Of a stretch of 64,000 nt of DNA, positions 1-12,800 are shown one piece after another. The stretch lies in contig NC_092671.1 in assembly GCF_964355755.1 (NCBI RefSeq), positions 33,118,304 through 33,182,303 of the forward strand, given 5' to 3'. The notes under the pieces are model-generated. The model saw only the letters and a list, made by a program, of their open reading frames with translations, was not told the DNA's origin and did no database searches. Each line of letters begins with the position of its first letter. The first letter of the stretch is position 1. This DNA is from Antedon mediterranea (Eukaryota > Animalia > Echinodermata). The position numbers and the translations under genes were made by a program.

Positions 1-1040
1 TTAAGTAATGTTGAATTTAAATTAAAGGGGCACTGTGATTGGTCCATAGGGTGTCTTTTTATTATTAACAGAGGTTCTTTTGATGCGTTTCAACTTCCAA
101 TTATACAAGTTTGTGTTGGATTTTCACTTTATTAGTAACAGTTTTATTTTGATGTTTCTACACTTTTTACAATTTTCCCATGTGTGGATTTTGATGGATT
201 TGCAGTGTTTGTATCATCCCCCTTAATTTAAGTCTGTATAATTTGATTATCATAACACTTCAAAATTGTTTGGATTGTATTCCTTCTGGAATTTAATTGC
301 GTGATAAAGTGGTTTTTTTTTTCAAATATATAATGGAAAGTAAGTTGGCTAAGTTATTTTAATAATATTGGTTAATCTAATCCAGATTTTCAATGAGTAT
401 ATATGAACAGAAATGTTCTAACCAACATGAAATGTTTGCACATTTACTGCATTAAAAAATATAGTAGTTTTTACTAAAGAAACTAAAAGTAATAACGCTA
501 TCTATGATTGAGGTAGTTTATCTTTTACAAAGAGGTAAACTAATTATCTAGAGTCTGAACTCCAATGTAATTATAGCTAAAAAAAAGTATTCCTCACCAC
601 CGCAAAGGGACCGTAGAATATGACCGGAAGAACTCCCTGATATGATTGCAATTATCAGCCAATCATATACATAGTTTAAAGGCAAGGACTCTCCACAGTT
701 GTGCAACACTACACCTACATTACGCATGTTGAACGTTTTAAGCACAAAATATGTATTCTTATGTGATCTATGTTTATGAAAATTTAAACCATTTACCAAG
801 AAATTATTTTATTGGGAGAATTTTTCAATTCATGTTATTTTATTTTCATAATATTTTAGGTAATTATTTCATATATAATTTATGGATACAGGCCATTTTA
901 GAAATCCCTGTCCTATTGCCATTGCTTCGCTGTTGCCTAGTTTAGCCTCTAGTTAATTATTTAACCTTAGTGATCTTTTATTTACACATTTTATTAGACG
1001 TTTATGTGTTATAATTGCTATTTTGTATAATGTTTTTCAG

Positions 1041-1148
1041 TTACAATAGTTGTGATCAGTCGCCTTGTGTATAGGAAAGGGATGGACCTATTGGCAGGTT
1101 TAATGCCTATTATTTGTCAACGACACCCTGATGTTGATTTCCTAATAG
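1041..1148 (+). CDS. PIGA: PIG-A internal exon ([37 protein letters not shown])
   Basis: Acceptor tttttcAG at 1039-40, donor GTatgt at 1149. Translation matches human [41 protein letters not shown] as recalled. Missed by the ORF track. Confidence 0.95.
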
Positions 1149-1342
1149 GTATGTGATTATATTTTCATTTTCATAAACATTCAGATGAAAATAGAAGCAG
1201 CGGATTAATTTAACAAAAGATTACATTAGAAAGATAGGCGTGTTATAAAACAAATAATGAATGTTTTATATGTGTTTAATGTTTTCATTCGTTGAAAGTT
1301 GGTTCTATATATCCAGACTTCCACCATTTTTAATTTTTGTAG

Positions 1343-1449
1343 GTGGTGGTGGTCCAAAGGGTCTGGACTTAGAAGAGGTCAGAGAAGAGCATCAACTGCA
1401 TGACAGAATCACATTACTTGGACCAGTCGACCATGATAATGTAAAAAAT
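1343..1449 (+). CDS. PIGA: PIG-A exon ([36 protein letters not shown])
   Basis: tttttgtAG and GTaaga splice sites; phase-compatible with both neighbours; matches PIGA [27 protein letters not shown]. Confidence 0.95.
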
Positions 1450-1756
1450 GTAAGACTATTTTAATTTAACTTTTGTATTTCAAAGTTGCATATTCACCTC
1501 TGAGTAATGAATGATTACTATTGCAGCTAGAGAAATACTTTTTGAACATGTTTATCCATGAAAAAAATACGTTGTTCATTTCTTATTACATGGGGATAAA
1601 TTGAGCTTGTGTTTAAATATTTATAAATTCCTCTGGGATTTTTCCATGTCAGTTTTAGTTGTTTACCACATGCCAAGTAGAGTGAGTGATAAAGGGCAAA
1701 ACCAAAAATGTGTTTCAGAATGTACTTTTTTTTTTCGTTGTCAAATCGAGCCTTAA

Positions 1757-1847
1757 AGCTCTGTTATCACTACCACATTTGGGCTTATCACTACTGTATA
1801 TGGGCACATCACACTTGTCAAACTTGTGTAATAGTGTGGACAGAGCT
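1757..1847. mobile_element. MITE family 1 (PIF/Harbinger-like), internally deleted copy
   Basis: agctctgt...acagagct termini flanked by TAA on both sides; internal atcactaccat/tttgggca motifs shared with copies at 2476, 12671 and 23609. Confidence 0.7.
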
Positions 1848-2475
1848 TAATGACAATAAAAGCTGGCTATAATTGAAATAACAGTAGGCCAACTTTATTA
1901 GTAGTTATTTTTGTTTTAATTGTTTTGTTTCGTCACTCACATTCTATTAATTATTGGCTGCTTTTTGTGTTAGGTTTTACTTTACATATATTTCTTAATT
2001 CTATGCTATTTTAGAATAATTAAGTTGTAGTACTTATAGGGTAAGTCATTGCTTAGTAGCATGGGCAAGCCCATGATTGATCAGCTATCTATTAGCTGTA
2101 TAGATACGTAGTAATCTATGTCGGGTTGTTCACGTCAGAAACATTGGAAATACAGGCAACAATGTGCAACCTCAATTAATCTTAATTGCTGGGCTTTCAC
2201 TTATCATCTTTAACAACTATTTAGGTTTACTAAAGTTGCCCTGCATTTTTAGGATAAATGTGAACAATAGATCAATGTATGTTTTCTATATATATAGTCA
2301 ATATCAATTATAGAAACAAATAGACAGAATCACTATAGGTGATCCACAGATCAGCTAATAACCAGCAAACCATTAGGTATTTGATGGTGAAATGCTTGAT
2401 GAATGATTGTTTAATATGTGTTAAAAACAACTATACAGTCTGTTTCTTCAAGATTTCCTCAAATTATAATGTAAA

Positions 2476-2556
2476 AGCTCTGTCTACACTATCAAACTTT
2501 ATGTGGCAACAAAAAACGTGATGTGCATCACCGTATTTTTGTAAAACTAGTTTGTG
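2476..2556. mobile_element. MITE family 1, partial copy
   Basis: Left TIR agctctgtctacactatcaaact, nearly identical to the 23609 copy. Confidence 0.65.
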
Positions 2557-2949
2557 TAAAAAATGTTTTGGTATATAGTATTGAAAATACATTGTATTAG
2601 AGATGCTTTGTTTATTCAACCTTAATCTCAGAGAATAATGAGGAGAATATTGTACAAATATCAAATTATAGAGGGCTCCCTACATCAACAAACATTTTCC
2701 TTGGCATTCATAACTTAAAGTTCATATAAGACGGAAAATATTTTCAATTTCAGTACATACATCACTAGATGATATCCGCTGTATTAGTAAATGGCTTAAT
2801 TATTGTTTAAATCAACTTTTTTAAACAAAAATACTCGAGGTGATACAAGAAATAAATCAAACAATTCTTTCTCAATTGAAAAAAAAGATTGCAGTGCCCA
2901 CCCAAAAAATGATAATGTAGGTAGCCAATCAAATGTAAATTTGTGTTTA

Positions 2950-3400
2950 GGCTATTTATTCAAATGGCCAATGAAAAGGCCAATGAAATTAAATTTTATT
3001 TTAACCATTTATTCAAATGACCATTTAAAGCTCAGTATATTTAAACCATTTATTCCAATGGCCAATGAAAGCTGAATGTATATACTATATTTATTCAAAT
3101 GGCTAATCAAACAAGATTATAGTTAAACTATTTATTTTCTTGGCCAATCAAAGCTAGTGTCTTAAACCATTTAGTCAAATGACCAATCAAAGCTAAGTGT
3201 ATTTAAACCATTTATTCAAATGACCAATCAAAGCTGAGTGTATTTAAACTATTTATTCAAATGACCAATCAAAAGCTAAGTGTATTTAAACTATTTATTC
3301 AAATGACCAATCAAAGCTGAGTGTATTTCAATTATTTATTCAAATGACCAATCAAAGCCAATTATATATTAAACCATTTATTCAAATGACCAATCAACGC
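2950..3400. repeat. ~41-bp tandem repeat, about 11 copies, abutting a PIG-A splice acceptor
   Basis: Unit ~atttaaaccatttattcaaatgaccaatcaaagctgagtgt; tttattcaaatgacc recurs at about 3211, 3252, 3294, 3335 and 3377. Confidence 0.9.
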
Positions 3401-3419
3401 TTACAAATTCAAATTGCAG

Positions 3420-3502
3420 GTTCTGAACCAAGGTGACATCTTTGTTAATTCGTCATTGACAGAAGCTTTCTGCATCGCCATCGTTGAGGCTGCGTGTTGC
3501 GG
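3420..3502 (+). CDS. PIGA: PIG-A exon with GT4 EX7E motif ([28 protein letters not shown])
   Basis: ttgcAG / GTaagc; carries the EAFCIAIVE retaining-glycosyltransferase motif; matches PIGA [24 protein letters not shown]. Confidence 0.97.
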
Positions 3503-3883
3503 GTAAGCTTAATTTATGAAAGCTGGGCATCACTATGCGACAACGTTTTCTGGTATTATTTTTTTTCCTCTCAAAATTTCCATTGATGAAAATTAATAAA
3601 TGTTTCAATTTAAATTTTAAAAAATAATACTTTATTGAAACAATCAACATTAGTACATATACAAAAAATATAAACGCAGATATCATCTTCGACATCCAAT
3701 TAACGATAAAAGCAGCATGTTTTGTTTTAATCACCAAACCTTTGAATGATTTATTGAAATCATTTTGTAAAAAAAAGGAATAATGTAGCCACAGTACTGT
3801 TGGTAAGGTTTCAAATGTCCACTTTGATAACTCAGTGGCTTGAACAGAGATTGTTCCCTTCTCTTGTGAAAATTGGACCACTT

Positions 3884-4736
3884 TATTTCTTGTGGCTACA
3901 TCACTGTATTTCTTGTGGCTACATCACTGTATTTCTCGTGGCTACATCACTGTATTTCTCGTGGCTACATCACAGTATTTCTCGTGGCTACATCACTGTA
4001 TTTCTTGTGGCTACATCACTGTATTTCTCGTGGCTACATCACTGTATTTCTCGTGGCTACATCACTGTATTTCTTGTGGCTACATCACTGTATTTCTTGT
4101 GGCTACATCACTGTATTTCTTGTGGCTACATCACTGTATTTCTTGTGGCTACATCACTGTATTTCTTGTGGCTACATCACTGTATTTCTTGTGGCTACAT
4201 CACTGTATTTCTTGTGGCTACATCACTGTATTTCTTGTGGCTACATCACTGTATTTCTCGTGGCTACATCACTGTATTTCTTGTGGCTACATCACTGTAT
4301 TTCTCGTGGCTATATCACTGTATTTCTTGTGGCTACATCACTGTATTTCTTGTGGCTACATCACTGTATTTCTTGTGGCTACATCACTGTATTTCTTGTG
4401 GCTACATCACTGTATTTCTTGTGGCTACATCACTGTATTTCTCGTGGCAACATCACTGTATTTCTCGTGGCTACATCACTGTATTTCTTGTGGCAACATC
4501 ACTGTATTTCTTGTGGCTACATCACTGTATTTCTTGTGGCAACATCACTGTATTTCTTGTGGCTACATCACTGTATTTCTTGTGGCTACATCACTGTATT
4601 TCTTGTGGCAACATCACTGTATTTCTCGTGGCTATATCACTGTATTTCTTGTGGCTACATCACTGTATTTCTTGTGGCTACATCACTGTATTTCTCGTGG
4701 CTACATCACTGTATTTCTCGTGGCTACATCACTGTA
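3884..4736. repeat. 23-bp minisatellite, about 37 copies
   Basis: Unit tatttct(t/c)gtggctacatcactg repeated head-to-tail; explains the three long repetitive ORFs. Confidence 0.98.
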
Positions 4737-5078
4737 ATGATAATCTTTTTATTCATTCAATCATTCTTTCCTCTTTATTTTGGGCTTCATATCCATAGAA
4801 TAAACAGTATATGATAAACAAAAGGTACTAAACAATCTAGTTTACCTTTAGATTGACTTAACTTTCTGAAATACACTTTCATAAACATTCATTATTTGTA
4901 TACTATTCAAAATATAATTGAAACATCACATTCAACAGATAAAAACGAAAAATAAGTTCATATCACTTATCAATTTCATATCTTCTTATTCTTTCGTATT
5001 TATATATATATATTATTTATTTTCGGAATTCAATAAATACCAGGAAATACAGATGACATAAATAATAATATTTTACAG

Positions 5079-5164
5079 ATTACAAGTTGTGAGCACAAGG
5101 GTCGGTGGAGTTCCAGAAGTACTTCCTCCTGACCTCATTACATTGGCAGATCCCAGTGTCAACT
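5079..5164 (+). CDS. PIGA: PIG-A exon ([28 protein letters not shown])
   Basis: ttttacAG / GTaagt; matches [31 protein letters not shown]. Confidence 0.97.
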
Positions 5165-5829
5165 GTAAGTATTAGTACCATACCTTATTTGGACATTTAT
5201 TATAGACTAGTATTTCTTCAAACTTTTATGACTTTTTATGTTTCTTTCTCAGGACATGTTTTTTCCTCAGAATTTTAAAGCAGAACTCATAAATAGTGCA
5301 TGAAATTTATTAGGCTGTGTAAGCATGGACATACATCAAACGGTTTTCTGCAAGCTTCACATTAGTTTGTCAATGGTTTTTTGAAAGCAATTTCTTTGGC
5401 TTTACATTTAGTGGACCAGTTTAAACGCCATTGATCAGCATTGTTTTTTTTTTCTTTAGTAAGAACAATTATTGGAGTATTTAGATTCCTTGATGTGGTA
5501 ATTAGTGATAATAATTTATGCCTTAATATGGGGAAAAAATAATAGTATCAGGGAGGAAAACGGATAGCCCTTTTATTTCATCTAGGTTAACTTTGAAGAA
5601 TGCTGCTCGGTGTGCACCCTGGTGTACACTCCATAGTTTTGCAATAGTGTTGTGCAATAGGTTAATTAAGACCCAAAAAGCAGGGTTGTGTTTAAGAAAG
5701 CTAGGATGTGAATAATCTTTATATTAGTAACTTAGCTGTTCTTCTTAATATTCTTTTTATTCTATTTTAAATGTATAAAGATTGAATGAATTAGTTAATT
5801 ATTACAATGTTGATTCCCGTTTGGTTTAG

Positions 5830-5957
5830 CATTGGTAACCTCATTAGAAGAAGCCATTCAAAGGAAGAGACGAGGCCAAGTTCTCGACCCTTTTGCTGTT
5901 CATAATAGAGTAAAAAAGTTCTACACATGGCCCAACGTCGCTATGAGGACTGAAAAG
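5830..5957 (+). CDS. PIGA: PIG-A exon (SLVTSLEEAIQRKRRGQVLDPFAVHNRVKKFYTWPNVAMRTEK)
   Basis: gtttAG / GTatgc; matches PIGA HNIVKTFYTWRNVAERTEK. Confidence 0.95.
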
Positions 5958-6302
5958 GTATGCTTCTTATTTAAGGGTCTCAAGTTTATTCAATGTGATC
6001 CTATTCCTATTACAGAAGCCTTCACCACCATCTCACTCTATCATAGCATTTTCTCATTGAAAAATTTTAATACAAAAACATTCATATGAATAAACCTTCA
6101 TTCTAATCCTAGTTAATTATATTGCAATCTTATAACATACTCACTGCTGCCCTCTATAAAATTGTTGTTTAAAACTTTTTCTTTGACTGTAGAGGGTAGC
6201 AGACCAGTTTTATTTTCTCTGTAGCTTGAATATAGCCAATTTTTATTTGTTATCTGAATTCGACTATTAATGTGTAATTGTTTTCTTATTATTTTGGTCT
6301 AG

Positions 6303-6458
6303 ATATATAATCAGATTTCTGAAGAACCAAGTTTCACCCTCTCGGAACGAATTGAGCGCTATGGTTCCAGCAACACCCTATTTCTTGTATTTTTTTCAGC
6401 AGTGGCCATTCTTAATCATATACTGTATCGTCTACTAGAGCGAATTTTTCCAAGAAAA
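6303..6458 (+). CDS. PIGA: PIG-A exon containing the C-terminal hydrophobic/TM segment (IYNQISEEPSFTLSERIERYGSSNTLFLVFFSAVAILNHILYRLLERIFPRK)
   Basis: ttttggtctAG / GTaaga; 156 nt, phase 0-0, open; position and hydrophobicity correspond to PIGA VYDRVS...[21 protein letters not shown]. Confidence 0.9.
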
Positions 6459-7009
6459 GTAAGAATAAAATGTTTTTTAAAGCAATATAAATACCCTTTT
6501 CACATCTACAAAAAGTAACAACTTGTAACCAAGTTTGCAGGGTGAAGGGGAGAAAATTTTACAAGGGCCTCCTTGAGAAAAACACACCAGCGAGAGGCCT
6601 GTTTTTTTTGTTCCAAAATGTTACTGTGCATTTATTTATTTATTATTTATTCTTTCTTTTGACTGGATTGCATTCTCAGTAACGCAGTACTGCTTTCCAA
6701 AATGTTCCAGTTATAAGTTTAAAAGTAAATGAAAATTATAACATAAATACACAGTAGGCCTAATTTAAAAGATATATACAGAACAGTTAAAAACAAATAA
6801 AATATAACAAATAAAATATAACAAAAATGTAGGATCACTTGGATGACATAAGAGTTGCTATATTTTTGAGTTTATAAATATGTTTCCCAGTTACTTTCGT
6901 TCTAGTTTCAGTTGGTAAAAGATTCCATTCTTTTGTTGCTCTGTATTTGAAGGTTCTTTTACCTTGAGCATTTTTCCAATTTGGTGTAATTAATGTTTTA
7001 CAACTTTGG

Positions 7010-8318
7010 CTACGGGTGCATTTGGGGTGGGAGGGAGTCATTAAACTTAAACATTGAGGATAAATATGATGGTGAATGGCCATTAATGCATTTGAAAGTT
7101 GTAAGTAGTAGATGTTCCCTCCATCTTTCATTTAGTGTAACCCAATTAAGTGTTTTAAAAATATCGTTTATCGGTGTATATATATCTGCGGATAACAGAA
7201 CTCTACCTAATCTATTGAATAATATTTGAAGTGTATTTAAAGTTTCTTTTGTACAATTAGTCCATACAGCACTACAATAGTCAAACAATGGCATTACAAG
7301 AGAATTTGCCAGCATAATAGTTGTATGAGATGGCAAGTAGTATTTCACACGCCGTATTACCCCTATTCGTTTAGAAACTTTTGATGATACACTATTTATT
7401 TGATCCTTCCATGTAAATTTAGGATCAAATATAACACCTAAATACTTAAATGATTCCACTCTTTCAATGGTAGTTCCATTATCATCAAGTGAAATATTTT
7501 GGAAGTTATTTAATAAGTGACTAGTACCAAATACCATAAGTTTAGTTTTTTTAACATTCAAAGTCAATCTGTTGTTATCTAACCATTTTGATATTTTACA
7601 AAAATTTGAGTTTAGATTGTTTTGCAGAGTTATAGGATTTGAGGATCTACATAATAGAGTGGTATCATCAGCGTACATAACACATTGACAATCAACAGCA
7701 TCAGGAAGAGAATTTACATATATAATAAATAACAAAGGACCTAAAATAGAGCCCTGTGGAATTCCAATGTCAATTTCTCTTAAATCAGAAATTGAACTAT
7801 TTACATTTACAACTTGTGATCTATAACTTAGATATGAAGTAAACCAATTTAGGGCATCATTACATATACCAATTTCCTTAAGTTTAGCAATAAGTAACTT
7901 GTGATTAACAGTATCAAAAGCTTTTTTTAAATCTAAAAATATTGCAGCAGTTACATTACCATCATTATAATTATTTAGAATATAGTCAGATACATCTAAA
8001 AGTGTTGTTTTTGTGGAACGTTTCTTTCTAAAACCAGATTGTGATGGGTTTAAAATATTATTATTTGTTAAAAACTTATATACTTGATCGTGTACAGCAC
8101 GTTCAATAATCTTAGATACAATTGGTAAGACAGAAATTGGGCGGTAATTATTTACATCAGATTTGTCACCTTTAAAAATAGGGGTAACCTTTGCAATTTT
8201 CCAATCAGATGGAAAAGTTGACGTGAACAAAGAACAATTACATATATATGTGAGAGTTTCAGATACAACAGGAGCAGCTAACTTTAATAATTTACAATTT
8301 ATACATCAAGACCAACAC
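7010..8318 (-). pseudogene. LINE ORF2 reverse transcriptase domain, frameshifted near both ends
   Basis: FPSDWKIAKVTPIFK, NYRPIS, QSGFR, FLDLKKAFDTV, GIPQGSILGPLLF, YADDT and FKYLG motifs. Confidence 0.95.
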
Positions 8319-8776
8319 TTCACATTTCGTTGGATATTTTTAAGAAAATTTATGATACTACATTATTGCAAAGGTTACCCCTATTTTTAAAGGTGACAAA
8401 TCTGATGTAAAAAATTCCTCCGTGTATTTTCTATGCAGTAACCACTTTGATGCAAATAGATTATTACATACCGAAATGAATTATAATTTTTTACTATGAT
8501 GACATCTTTAAAATGTATACAAATGATGCACTGTCAAACTACATACTTTTAACTTTAATATATGAATTTTTGAAGGAAGAAAGAAGGAAAGAAATAAAGA
8601 TTTTGACAGAATCAAGAGGTTATATGCATATCATGCATATAACCTAATAAATAAATAAATAAAGATTTTGACAGAATCAAGAGGTTATATGCATATCATG
8701 CATATAACCTAATAATGAACAAACTACAAGTGATAAAGACACTGCAAACCAATTTAATAAACACTTTTCTTCAATA
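8319..8776. other. Patchwork insertion of inverted, locally templated fragments
   Basis: 8365-8411 is the reverse complement of 8151-8197; ~8411-8583 is inverted HINE interior; 8596-8650 and 8661-8715 are the inverted HINE 5' end twice; 8698-8751 is the reverse complement of 8941-8994. Confidence 0.85.
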
Positions 8777-8980
8777 AGGCCTTATTGTTAGAAATGTTAT
8801 TAATTTCATTAAAAACATATTCTGGTGTAATTATATCAAATTTAAAAGTATTCTGATTTACAGCTGCATTATTTATGTTATTATGGTTAGTAGGAGATAT
8901 AGTAAGTTTTTCAGAAAGTGATTTACCAATTGAAGAAAAGTGGTTTGCAGTGTCTTTATCACTTGTAGTTTGTTCATTAT

Positions 8981-11900
8981 TAGGTTATATGCATTTCGGT
9001 ATGTAATAATCTATTTGCATCAAAGTGGTTACTGCATAGAAAATACACGGAGGAATTTTTCTACAACTTTTAGTGAGTTGTGTATGGCTCGATGGTCTGT
9101 GCTCGTGTCTATGGCATTCAAGGTACCGAGATCGAGTCTCACCTTGGGAAACGAAATAAGATTTTTTTTTTATTATCCGTATCATTTGTTCAAATTTATT
9201 TCTTAGTGTATAGATTATACACATGATTTATAATGAAATCTAGATAAAAATTAACTTATGTCTTTATTATTATGTAACAACAAATGTGGTTTATGACATT
9301 ATACGCATATGGATCTTTGATCGGATTGTGATACCGGCTATGGTGTTCGCGTTAGCAAGGTCCTATCATATATTATAAATAATTAAAGATTCTGAGAAAA
9401 TCAATCAATCAATATATCTTTTAAAAATCAATTATCTTTATTTAAATCAATGCATATAACCTATAATTCGTCATAGTGACGAATTAAATCTAGTTAGGTT
9501 ATATGCATGATATGCATATAACCTCTTGATTCTGTCAGAATCTTTATTTATTTCTTTATTTATTCTTTCCTTAGCACTATTTTGTCCGTGAATTATCTTG
9601 ATATCAGTTTCATCTATCTAAGTCAATTTTTCAGAGTATATTCCTTATGGCCAGGAATCGATGTGGTTATATTTTCACGATGCGCAATCAAAAATTACGC
9701 GGTCTACGCGCGATTTTACGAAATCACGTTTGTAATCATATCTTCACAAGCATGAATCACAATTAAACAAAATTTGGTACTCATAAATTTCAGGTCATAT
9801 TTCATCATATGGCAATACAATTACGTGCGTAGCGCATATAACGCTTGCGTACGCGCGCTTAAAATGTTCAAAATTGTCAAAATTAATTTTCGATGAAATT
9901 AGAGTACGTTTCAGGCAATTTTAAGCGTTTAAAAAATTGCCATGAGTGCGCAGATTTTTTCACGCGCACGGCGCGTTAAACGTTAATGCGCATTCTTTTT
10001 GCCCGATTTCTGTTTTACAATCTTTCTTTAATAATATCATCATATTTGATTCACGTTTCAACTCGAAGTTGCGTTATACGAGCACGTCAAAAGTGACTGG
10101 CTACGCACGTATAAGTTAACAAAATGGTGAAAATATGCTAAATTTTAAAATTAATATATATCGTCAGAATGCAGGGGAACACCTATTTTTTATTTCATTT
10201 TCTTGAAGTGTATGTATCATATGTATGATTTATTATCAAATTAAGAGAACAAAAGTTGATTAAGTCATCATTAATTGCATATTAAATTTAAAAAAAATAA
10301 TTTCGACAATCAAACAAATTATGACATTTTCTTAGGCCAAAATAACAAACTTAACATTAACTTTCTTCCTTCCAAAGTTCATATATTAAAGTTAAAAGTA
10401 TATAGTTTGACAGTGCATCATTTGTTTACATTTTAAAGATGTCATCATAGTAAAAAATTATAATTCATTGCGATATGTAATAATCTATTTGCACCAAACT
10501 GGTTACTGCATAGTAAATACACGGAGGAATTTTTCTACAACTTTTAGTCAGTGGTGTATGGCTCGATGGTCTGTGCTCGTGTCTATGGCATTCAAGGTAC
10601 CGAGATCGAGTCTCACCTTGGGAAACGAAATAAGATTTTTTTTTTAATATCCGTATTGTTTGTTCAAATTTATTTCTTAGTGTATAGATTATACACATGA
10701 TTTATAATGAAATCTAGATAAAAATTAACTTATGTCTTTATTATTATGTAACAACAAATGTGGTTTATGACATTATACGCATATGGATCTTTGATCGGAT
10801 TGTGATACCGGCTATGGTGGTCGCGTTAGCAAGGCCAGGTCACGCCCTATCATATATTATAAATAATTAAAGATTCTGAGAAAATCAATCAATCAATATA
10901 TCTTTTAAAAATCAATTATCTTTATTTAAATCAATGCATATAACCTATAATTCGTCATAGTGACGAATTAAATCTAGTTTATTTATTTATTCTTTCCTTA
11001 GCACTATTTTGTCCGTGAATTATCTTGATATCAGTTTCATCTATTTAAGTCAATTTTTCAGAGTATATTCCTTATGGCCAGGAATCGATGTGGTTATATT
11101 TTCACGATGCGCAATCAAAAATTACGCGGTCTACGCGCGATTTTACGAAATCACGTTTGTAATAATATCTTCACAAGCGTGAATCACAATTAAACAAAAT
11201 TTGGTACTCATAAATTTCAGGTCATATTTCATCATATGGCATTACAATTACGTGCGTAGCGCATATAACGCTTGCGTACGCGCGCTTAAAATGTTTAAAA
11301 TTGTCAAAATTTATTTTCGATGAAATTAGAGTACGTTTCAGGCAATTTTAAGCGTTTAAAAAATTGCCATGAGTGCGCAGGTTTTTGCACGCGCACTGCG
11401 CGTTAAACGTTAATGCGCACTCTTTTTGCCTGATTTCTGTTTTACAATCTTTCTTTAATAATATCATCATATTTGATTCAGGTTTCAACTCGAAATTGCG
11501 TTATACGAGCACGTCAAAAGTGACTGGCTACGCACGTATAAGTTAACAAAATGGTGAAAATATGCTAAATTTTAAAATTAATATATATCGTCAGAATGCA
11601 GGGGAACACCTATTTTTTATTTCATTTTCTTGAAGTGTATGTATCATATGTATGATTTATTATCAAATTAAGAGAACAAAAGTTGATTAAGTCATCATTA
11701 ATTGCATATTAAATTTAAAAAAAATAATTTCGACAATCAAACAAATTATGACATTTTCTTAGGCCAAAATAACAAACTTAACATTAACTTTCTTCCTTCA
11801 AAAGTTCATATATTAAAGTTAAAAGTATGTAGTTTGACAGTGCATCATTTGTTTACATTTTAAAGATGTCATCATAGTAAACAATTATAATTCATTTCGG

Positions 11901-12392
11901 TATGTAATAATCTATTTGCACCAAAGTGGTTACTACATAGTAAATACACGGAGGAATTTTTCTACACATTTTAGTCAGTTGTGTATGGCTCGATGGTCTA
12001 TGCTCGTGTCTATGGCATTCAAGGTACCGAGATCGAGTCTCACCTTGGGAAACGAAATAAGATTTTTTTTTATTATCCGTATTGTTTGTTCAAATTTATT
12101 TCTTAGTGTATAGATTATACACATGATTTATAATGAAATCGAGATAAAAATTAACTTATGTCTTTATTATTATGTAACAAATGTGGTTTATGACATTATA
12201 CGCATATGGATCTTTGATCGGATTGTGATACCGGCTATGGTGTTCGCATTAGCAAGGTCCTATCATATATTATAAATAATTAAAGATTCTGAGAAAATCA
12301 ATCAATCAATATATATTTTAAAAATCAATTATCTTTATTTAAATCAATGCATATAACCTATAATTCGTCATAGTGACGAATTAAATCTAGTT
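8981..12392 (+). mobile_element. Head-to-tail array of three HINE family A (Helentron-type non-autonomous) units: deleted 8981-9493, full 9494-10977, 5'-lacking 10978-12390
   Basis: 5' TT plus hairpin aggttatatgcat-gat-atgcatataacct, then (TTTA)n microsatellite; 3' subterminal IR atgcatataacct (10934-46), stem-loop taattcgtca-tag-tgacgaatta and CTAG-TT. No TSD; inserted at TT. Confidence 0.85.
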
Positions 12393-12670
12393 CTTATTTA
12401 TAACACTATTTATGCAAGATTTGTTTTTAGGAATTAATTTATGGATTGTATCCCAAAGTTTTTTAGGATTAGGAGAATTTTCTTTTATAGAATCTGTACA
12501 GTAGCTTTTTTTAAGAGTTTTACTTAAATTGTTAATTTTATTTCTAAGTTGTTTAGCTTTTTCCCAATCACCAGCATTGTTTGTTTTGTGTGCTTTAGCA
12601 TAGTAGTAGTCTCTGTCTTTTGCATGGTTACTTTACTACTGTACTGGTATTAAACTGACTAATCACAGTA

Positions 12671-12800
12671 AGTTCTGTCTACACTGTCAAACTCGTTTGA
12701 CAAAAAAAGTTGGTTGTGGCCAAATATGGTAGTGATATAACATCATCATGTCCATATACATTTTTGTTGTCACATAAAGTTTGATGGTGCAGACAGAGCT
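12671..12800. mobile_element. MITE family 1, opposite orientation
   Basis: TIRs agttctgtctacactgtcaaact / agtttgatggtgcagacagagct. Confidence 0.75.

Larger units (their letters stand above)
6631..12624 (-). mobile_element. 5'-truncated non-LTR retrotransposon (CR1/L2/Daphne group), interrupted by nested insertions
   Basis: Minus-strand ORF2 pieces are colinear: 12624-12391 (RDYYYAKAHK...PKKLWDTIHKL), 8981-8777 (NNEQTTSDKDTANHFSSIG...ISNNKA), 8318-7010 (RT), 7131-6835 (RTFKYRATKEWNLLP). 3' stem-loop actgg...ccagt and (TAAA)n tail at 6631-6710. Confidence 0.9.

Noticed and set aside
3800-4814. Three long ORFs (281-332 aa) and a CRISPR-like appearance
   Set aside because: Stop-free frames of a 23-bp minisatellite inside an intron; units are contiguous with no unique spacers and no cas genes.
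8940-12113. Repeated 65-88 aa ORFs (MCIIYTLRNK..., MHQSGY...)
   Set aside because: Recur only because they lie in HINE copies; no Rep/helicase motifs.
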